Of a stretch of DNA of 64,000 nucleotides, positions 58,289 to 64,000 are shown piece after piece. Position 1 is the first letter of the stretch. Each line of letters opens with the position of its first letter. The stretch is taken from IMG/VR virus record IMGVR_UViG_3300024294_000597. The stretch is one strand, 5' to 3'. Under the pieces are notes generated by a model. The model saw nothing but the letters and a program-made list of their open reading frames with translations. It made no database searches and had not been told where the DNA came from. The position numbers and the translations under genes were made by a program. The DNA is from a virus.

Positions 58289-58537
58289 TTAAAGACCTTT
58301 GATAACTTCCCTAATTTCTTCTACCGCTGTAGAATCCACGTACTCACTTCGAAATATTGCATACTTCTTAGTTGAGTAATTATATACACCAACTTCTGTG
58401 TATTCCCCATTGTCGTTTTTACTAAAACAACTATATAGACCATTACGGCCTTTGAACGGTTTTAGAAGATTAACTGCCTCTTCCATTGAAACCGACATTT
58501 TACGAGGCTTGCGCCCACGTTGAGTTTTGTTTGCCAC
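58289..58537 (-). CDS. Hypothetical protein with a basic N-terminus
   Basis: SD GAGG; upstream TTGCAA-N17-TATACT. Confidence 0.55.
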   Translation of the reverse strand: MANKTQRGRKPRKMSVSMEEAVNLLKPFKGRNGLYSCFSKNDNGEYTEVGVYNYSTKKYAIFRSEYVDSTAVEEIREVIKGL

Positions 58538-58662
58538 TTCATATATCCTCTTCGTCTGTAGTTAGCAAAGTTGTGTTTGTAGTTTAATCACATTTCGGTG
58601 TTAGTTCCTCATTTGAACTGTTATTAGTATACAACAAAATTCATTAAATTGCAAGAACTATT

Positions 58663-59352
58663 TTAGTTCCAACGATAAAAAATGTGCATGCCAATTCTTC
58701 CTACTAAATCCATTCGATGGTCTTTGCTCCATGCAGGTGCCACATAAGTTGCGTGATAATGTGTTGCGCCCTCAGTGATGCCTCGTAACCCATCATTATG
58801 CATAATGTCCCAAGCAATCATCTGTGCCTTGACCCAATTCTCTGAGCCTAATGGAATATCATCTGACTTGCCATCACAATACCAACTAAACTGACACTTA
58901 TGACGAATAGGAATATATACACGTTCACTATCATCTAAATCAGGATACTGTTTTGTCTTCCAGCTTTCCTTCATTTTAGCTTGATATACTACTCCACATA
59001 TACTATCTGGGTAATGTGCATGTTTTACACGATTAAGAACAACATCAGCAACTGCCGCCATACCAGCCTTGTTATCGATACTTGATTCAAAGAAAATGTT
59101 TTGTGCTAAACAAAACTCATCCTGAAATTCATATGGGTCAATTAGAAAGAATTCAATATCTTTTCTATTTGAGATATCAATAGTTTCTACTATAGTTGTT
59201 TTTACTGTATCAATATCTTTAGTTTTTTCGCCTGAGTCTACATTAAGTGTAGCACTTGCGGCATAGGCGGCAAATCCTACTAATATACCCATCACTGTTA
59301 GGTTCATTAGTGTAACGAACCCACTACCCATTACTTTTAGAAATTTCAACAT
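58663..59352 (-). CDS. SleB/Hydrolase_2-family cell wall hydrolase
   Basis: CLAQNIFFES, VVLNRV, CQFSWYCDG, GATHYHA and IGMHIFY; N-terminal TM. Confidence 0.9.
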   Translation of the reverse strand: MLKFLKVMGSGFVTLMNLTVMGILVGFAAYAASATLNVDSGEKTKDIDTVKTTIVETIDISNRKDIEFFLIDPYEFQDEFCLAQNIFFESSIDNKAGMAAVADVVLNRVKHAHYPDSICGVVYQAKMKESWKTKQYPDLDDSERVYIPIRHKCQFSWYCDGKSDDIPLGSENWVKAQMIAWDIMHNDGLRGITEGATHYHATYVAPAWSKDHRMDLVGRIGMHIFYRWN

Positions 59353-59385
59353 TTATATCTGCCTCGCTTTTCTGATTATGTATAT

Positions 59386-59413
59386 ACTATAACATGATTC
59401 GCTATTTTGTCAA
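59386..59413 (-). promoter_or_regulatory. sigma70-type promoter with CGAATC
   Basis: TTGACA-aaatagCGAATCatgt-TATAGT. Confidence 0.8.
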
Positions 59414-59416
59414 GTT

Positions 59417-59884
59417 TTAAGATACATAAATTTTAAGTACTTCGTACTCAATATCACCTGCGGGACGCATAATTGCTACAATATCACCAACTTTTGAGCC
59501 GATTAGTTCAGCGCCTAGTGGTGATTTGAAGCTAATTATTCCATTATTTGGGTCTGATTCGAACTCTCCGGCAATCGTATATTCGATTGTCTTTTCTGTA
59601 TCACAGTTTTCAATCTTAACTGTTGTACCAAAGGATACTTTTTCTTTCTTTCCTTTGGCCAAAGGCTCCATTACTGTTACCTTTTCAAGCATTTCCTGTA
59701 GTCTATGAACTTCCATGTCTACTCGTTGCATATCTTCCAATGCAACCAAAAGTTCCTCATTTTCTTCAAGACCGCCTTGTAGTCTTGCGGCAGTTATACG
59801 TTCTGTTATTTCTGGTCGTTTATCTTGTGTTTCTAAAATCTTTCTGTATAAATCGTCTCTGCCTTTGGCACTTATTAAATCCAT
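59417..59884 (-). CDS. greA: GreA/GreB-family factor with an altered tip (likely start ATG 59884)
   Basis: RPEITERITAARLQGGLEEN, VSFGTTV, ISFKSPLGAELIG and GD; TAAATA at 59928-59933 just upstream. Confidence 0.85.
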   Translation of the reverse strand: MDLISAKGRDDLYRKILETQDKRPEITERITAARLQGGLEENEELLVALEDMQRVDMEVHRLQEMLEKVTVMEPLAKGKKEKVSFGTTVKIENCDTEKTIEYTIAGEFESDPNNGIISFKSPLGAELIGSKVGDIVAIMRPAGDIEYEVLKIYVS

Positions 59885-59977
59885 ATTATTTTTATTCTCA
59901 CTTAAATTATTATTACTTGAACGCCCATATTTATCAGATTGTTCTACTTTAAAGCCCATAATAGTACTAGTCATTTG

Positions 59978-60268
59978 TTATTCCTCTCCAGTTGTTTTCA
60001 TATCTTTAGTCATTACATCTAACATAGTTTGTAGATGATTTTCTCTACCAAATTGCCTATCTAGCATTGCTCTAAACAACATCGATATAGCAACCATTTC
60101 ATTGCCAACACCATCATCATACGGATTAATGTCATTGTCAACTAGTACTTGAATAGCGGATTGAAGATATTCTATTACAATATCTTCGATATCATCTTGA
60201 TCCATTTCATGTACTAATTTTGTCAAATCTGGTCTATACTTATTAAGTTCTATTACATTATCGGTCAT
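59978..60268 (-). CDS. Hypothetical protein
   Basis: ATGA overlap. Confidence 0.55.
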   Translation of the reverse strand: MTDNVIELNKYRPDLTKLVHEMDQDDIEDIVIEYLQSAIQVLVDNDINPYDDGVGNEMVAISMLFRAMLDRQFGRENHLQTMLDVMTKDMKTTGEE

Positions 60269-60681
60269 GATTTTAACTTGTCCTCTATAACTACGTATGC
60301 TATTACTATTGACTTTTCATCACTGACACTTAAATGAATAGTTTTATCTTTTATTATTTGCTCATTTGCAATCTCATTAGATACCCTAACTTGTGGATGT
60401 TTTAATCCATAGCTTCCAGTCGGAGAGAAGTATGTAATATTACCCCAAGTAAAGTTACCTTTAAATCCAATACCTAATGCTTTAACAAAGGCTTCTTTTA
60501 CTGCCCAACATTTTGCAAGATACTGTGCCTTATTTGCTTGTTGAAAATACTTTTCTTGCTCAGAGGCGCTTAAGATTTTCATAGCGAACTTATCACCATG
60601 CCTGTCTAATGCTTCCTGCATTCTTTTTATTTCAACAATATCTACACCGATACCGTGAATTTTGTTGTGCGTTTTAATCAC
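60265..60681 (-). CDS. acpS: Holo-ACP synthase (AcpS-type phosphopantetheinyl transferase)
   Basis: GIGVDIVEIKR, WAVKEAFVKALGIG and HLSVSDE. Confidence 0.92.
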   Translation of the reverse strand: MIKTHNKIHGIGVDIVEIKRMQEALDRHGDKFAMKILSASEQEKYFQQANKAQYLAKCWAVKEAFVKALGIGFKGNFTWGNITYFSPTGSYGLKHPQVRVSNEIANEQIIKDKTIHLSVSDEKSIVIAYVVIEDKLKS

Positions 60682-60782
60682 TGATTTGCTTTCTTCTTTA
60701 GTTTGAATGCAAGTTTTCTTTTATATTTTTTTGCGGCAGTTTTCGTATTTCTAATTTTGCCTTTTTCTGATAATCTTTTCAT
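60678..60782 (-). CDS. 34-aa highly basic peptide (not in the ORF track)
   Basis: MKRLSEKGKIRNTKTAAKKYKRKLAFKLKKKANQ; ATGA and GTGA overlaps with its neighbours. Confidence 0.55.
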   Translation of the reverse strand: MKRLSEKGKIRNTKTAAKKYKRKLAFKLKKKANQ

Positions 60783-61063
60783 GTTGTCTCCATTTCTAAT
60801 AAATCTTTAAACGTCCAGTTTTGTTTAACGAATGCGCCAAACATACCTGCTTCGGCATATTTTTCTAACAAAGTTCCTTTGACTTCCAATTGGTTGTTTC
60901 TAGTCAGAGTTTGCATAAACTCAGGTGTCATACCATGCTTCGTAGTCATATCATGTATATCGATATTAGGTGCAAACTTTAATGTAACTAATGCCGCTTC
61001 TTCATCTGACATAACTACACAATCATTTTGACCATTAATTGTTACACTCCAAACCTTATTCAT
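60779..61063 (-). CDS. Hypothetical protein
   Basis: Coupled start/stop. Confidence 0.55.
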   Translation of the reverse strand: MNKVWSVTINGQNDCVVMSDEEAALVTLKFAPNIDIHDMTTKHGMTPEFMQTLTRNNQLEVKGTLLEKYAEAGMFGAFVKQNWTFKDLLEMETT

Positions 61064-61497
61064 TATCGGCGCATCCTTGCAATTTCTACAGCTTCTTCCT
61101 TATTGTCTGCAAATACCGGTACCATATTACTCTTATGCATTGTTGCAATACCAAGTAACTTACGTTCACCTGTATATTTCATAGATTCTTTCTTTGCAGT
61201 TGACCCTCCTAGATTATTACTAAGACTAGGATAGTCTGGTGTTTCACGTGTTTGTGGTGGCTCATATGCAGGTGGCCTATAATTCGGATTTACTTTTGGC
61301 TTATAATTACCTTGTCTATAATCTATATATTCATCCATAGTCATTTGCATATTGTGACTACCAATACGTTTCATATTTTTGTTATACGCACGTAAATCAG
61401 TTTCGTATGCTTTCATTTTACCAGCAGTAATCTTACTACGCTTTTTCTTCTTGTAATTAGTTGTGGTCATATACGGACCAACTAAGTGCATTGTCAT
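61063..61497 (-). CDS. Hypothetical phage protein
   Basis: GIATMHKSNMVPVF motif; own TTGACA-N17-TATAGT promoter at 61523-61551. Confidence 0.65.
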   Translation of the reverse strand: MTMHLVGPYMTTTNYKKKKRSKITAGKMKAYETDLRAYNKNMKRIGSHNMQMTMDEYIDYRQGNYKPKVNPNYRPPAYEPPQTRETPDYPSLSNNLGGSTAKKESMKYTGERKLLGIATMHKSNMVPVFADNKEEAVEIARMRR

Positions 61498-61595
61498 AAG
61501 CTAAACTCCTTATTGAAGTAGTACTATAACATTATTTCGTTATTTTGTCAAGTTTTTAATAAATAACAAAAGAGACCATATATGAGGAGAGGTAT

Positions 61596-62078
61596 ATGAT
61601 TGATCCAGTATCTGCCATTGGCATAGCGGCCGCGGCCTATCGTGGCATTAAATCAGCAGTAGAAACAGGCAAAAGTTTACATGACATGGCAGGCACACTA
61701 CAACAGTGGGCGGGCGCAATGTCTGACTTAGACTTTGCACACAGACAAGCAGAAAATCCACCAATGTTCAAAAAGATATTTGGTGCAAGCCAAGTTGAAC
61801 AAAACGCCCTGGAAGTTTGGGGACATAAACAAAAAGCAAAAGAAATGCGTGAAGAATTAAGGTCTCACGTTAGTTTATATTATGGACCATCAGCATGGAA
61901 AGAAATTGTTGGAATAGAAGCACAGATGCGTAATGAACGTAAAGCGGCAGTCTACGCCGCAGAAGAAAGAAAACAAAAAATCTTAGAATGGCTTATCGGT
62001 TTAGCACTTGCAGGTGCAATGACAACAATTATTGTTTTTATTATTTGGCTTGTAGGTAAAGGTCAAGGAAGATGGTAG
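61596..62078 (+). CDS. Hypothetical protein with a C-terminal TM
   Basis: MIDPVSAI...; SD GAGG; TAAATA at 61560-61565. Confidence 0.65.
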   Translation: MIDPVSAIGIAAAAYRGIKSAVETGKSLHDMAGTLQQWAGAMSDLDFAHRQAENPPMFKKIFGASQVEQNALEVWGHKQKAKEMREELRSHVSLYYGPSAWKEIVGIEAQMRNERKAAVYAAEERKQKILEWLIGLALAGAMTTIIVFIIWLVGKGQGRW

Positions 62079-62615
62079 TTACTGTGTAACTCCTAAATTT
62101 CTTAAAGACTTCTGTACACATATACTTTGTATCCTGCAATCCTCTAATGCGTTGTGGGCCGCGAATGCTATATCTTTTCTAGGGTCTCTTGGCATAAGAC
62201 TAAACAAAGTTCTACTATCCCTAATATTATAGAATGCCCAATTATAATGTAATCCTAGTTGTCTATACAAATTTTCTAAAATAGCAATATCAAATACTGG
62301 TCCTTGACACCATATCTTATCAACTCCAACTAAATACTTGTTCAACTTAATTAGGATTTCTTTTACTGAATGTCTATTCTCATCTGATAATGCTTCCTCA
62401 ACGATTTCAGGTGCTTGTCTTGACCACCACTCTATTGTGCCATCTTCAACGTGTCTTCCCATAGCAGTTTGCTCATCGACATTTGCTCTATAGTAAAATT
62501 CATTATAAGGCGGGTCATTTGTAAAAGGGTCAAACTTAATTGCACCTATTGTTAATAATACTGCATCTGGCTTCGTACTTAATGTTTCTAAGTCGATTGT
62601 TGCATGTGTTGGCAT
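62079..62615 (-). CDS. DEDDh 3'-5' exonuclease
   Basis: IDLETL, FDIAILE, RDSRT and HNALED. Confidence 0.85.
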   Translation of the reverse strand: MPTHATIDLETLSTKPDAVLLTIGAIKFDPFTNDPPYNEFYYRANVDEQTAMGRHVEDGTIEWWSRQAPEIVEEALSDENRHSVKEILIKLNKYLVGVDKIWCQGPVFDIAILENLYRQLGLHYNWAFYNIRDSRTLFSLMPRDPRKDIAFAAHNALEDCRIQSICVQKSLRNLGVTQ

Positions 62616-62617
62616 AA

Positions 62618-63343
62618 TTACTCTTTTCTAAGTTTATTGTTTACTTCTATTACAGTCTTCAATATTTCACTTTTTGAGTAGTCATAAAAAGCCTCTGTGT
62701 CTTTAGGAAAACAATGTCCTCCAAAACCAAGTCCACCATCTTCATTAGGTGCCTTCATATGACTAGGTCCTATATTCTCAAATAAGCCTAATATATCTAT
62801 CATCTTATCATGATTATAGGAATTGTCAAGATTATTTTTCATTTCATGAAAAAATGCTACTTTTATTGCTAACCAAGAGTTATGTACATATTTTATCATA
62901 CTTGCTGTTGTTCTATCCACATCAAAAAAGAATACATTTAAATATGAAAATACTCCTCTCCAATAATGACAGCCTTGTGGTGATCCACCTAAGATAAAAT
63001 GCTTTTGTCTATCCCAATCGTCTTTCGCCGTATTTGCTCTCAAAAACTCAGGATTATATGTAACATTATCAGGATACTGTTCCAACATGTCTGGTGGCAC
63101 TGTACACTTTAATAATACTTTCATATCTCCTAGTTCTGATAATACTTGTCTGATTATACTATCATCACATTTGCCATTCACTGTAGGTGTAGGAACACAT
63201 ACGACTGCACCTTTAGCCTTTAGATAATCTTGTATCTTATTATCATTTAGCTTTGGATCAATCCTTACTACTTGTTTTCCATTTTCTTCTAGTGATTTAG
63301 CTACTGTTTCCCCTACAAACCCACAACCTACTACTAATATCAT
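62618..63343 (-). CDS. UDP-glucose/GDP-mannose dehydrogenase-like, lacking the C-terminal domain
   Basis: GCGFVG, CVPTP, NPEFLR and GFGGHCFPKD. Confidence 0.82.
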   Translation of the reverse strand: MILVVGCGFVGETVAKSLEENGKQVVRIDPKLNDNKIQDYLKAKGAVVCVPTPTVNGKCDDSIIRQVLSELGDMKVLLKCTVPPDMLEQYPDNVTYNPEFLRANTAKDDWDRQKHFILGGSPQGCHYWRGVFSYLNVFFFDVDRTTASMIKYVHNSWLAIKVAFFHEMKNNLDNSYNHDKMIDILGLFENIGPSHMKAPNEDGGLGFGGHCFPKDTEAFYDYSKSEILKTVIEVNNKLRKE

Positions 63344-63528
63344 GTATTACTTTCCTGTTTTAATCGCCATATACAATAAACATCACACCAAAGTTTGTAT
63401 AGTCCCCAAACACAGAACCCGGCGAAACTTTGTTGCCACCAAATAGGAGAATAGAAAGCTACTTTAAACTGAACTAACATGAAGTCTGCCATTAGAAAAC
63501 TGGCAATATAATCATACCATCTTATCAA
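63340..63528 (-). CDS. Small membrane protein
   Basis: Trp-rich hydrophobic ORF. Confidence 0.5.
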   Translation of the reverse strand: MIRWYDYIASFLMADFMLVQFKVAFYSPIWWQQSFAGFCVWGLYKLWCDVYCIWRLKQESNT

Positions 63529-63725
63529 TTCTTATCCTTTTCTTCTCTATCTTTAATTTTTTGTTTTAAATCACAAATCTCTTTTGTGTATTTTTCATAA
63601 GCCCACTTTGCACCTTCGTCACCGGTTTCCAAATACATTTTACTAAATATATCTGCATTCTTAGTAAGATTTTCTATAATTTTATTATACTTTATTCTTA
63701 TCGGGGACATCCATGCTTGTGTCAT
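63525..63725 (-). CDS. Hypothetical protein
   Basis: Coding-strand ORF. Confidence 0.5.
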   Translation of the reverse strand: MTQAWMSPIRIKYNKIIENLTKNADIFSKMYLETGDEGAKWAYEKYTKEICDLKQKIKDREEKDKN

Positions 63726-63729
63726 TACG

Positions 63730-64000
63730 TTATTCCTTTATCAATGAGGACCACTTCTTTAGTTTGTTTCTTTTAACTTGTACACGTTCTTCAAGTTCGT
63801 TCCACTCAACTAATCCGTTCTCAGCTAACAGTTCTATCATACATAATACATCGCCTGCTTCTTCGATAATCTTGTTTCGTTGAGTTTGAGCATTTAGTTT
63901 CTTACTTGTTAGTTCATCAGTGTTATCAAACTTTCTCATCATCTTACTGCATACTTGAGTTAATTCACCACATTCTTCCATAGTGATGGTCATAAGTTCT
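63730..64000 (-). CDS. MazG-like protein (5' end probably outside the window)
   Basis: MEECGEL...EEAGDVLCMI; the frame is open to the window edge. Confidence 0.75.
   Translation of the reverse strand, partial: ELMTITMEECGELTQVCSKMMRKFDNTDELTSKKLNAQTQRNKIIEEAGDVLCMIELLAENGLVEWNELEERVQVKRNKLKKWSSLIKE

Noticed and set aside
59885-59974. 30-aa N-terminal extension of GreA in the ORF track
   Set aside because: Low-complexity sequence containing the TAAATA promoter motif; GreA similarity starts at ATG 59884.

Overview
An AT-rich, gene-dense segment of a large lytic tailed-phage genome, probably a marine jumbo myovirus distantly related to T4. The host is Gram-negative (spanin pair) and possibly alphaproteobacterial. 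Most genes are on the minus strand and use the standard code. Contents: (i) an ExbB/TolQ-like, ACP, ErpA, nitroreductase, IscA, HscB-like operon; (ii) about 13 kb of large Gly/Ser/Thr-rich virion or fibre genes; (iii) ClpA, a J-domain protein, spanins, IF-1, PhoH, radical SAM, Smr and a clamp loader; (iv) a plus-strand envelope operon with a 1058-aa protein carrying 22-aa Cys repeats; (v) six tRNAs; (vi) an early-gene cassette with repeated sigma70 promoters, and DNA ligase; (vii) GroES, a DnaE fragment, an amidinotransferase/ATE-like cluster, full-length PutA, FNR, glutaredoxin, SufE, GuaC, SleB, GreA-like, AcpS, Ugd-like and MazG genes. Two promoter classes are visible: TTGACA-N16-TATWWT, often with a fixed CGAATC (GANTC) spacer element, and a T4-late-like TAAATA. 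Best novelty candidates: two tandem structured ncRNAs upstream of putA; GANTC-containing early promoters that may use host CcrM/GcrA; a dispersed ACP + AcpS + minimal malonyl-CoA-decarboxylase-like set; a Bpt/ATE-like transferase with ClpA (possible phage N-degron pathway); and HscB and GreA homologues with altered key residues. All protein calls come from motif recognition by eye; no searches were run.
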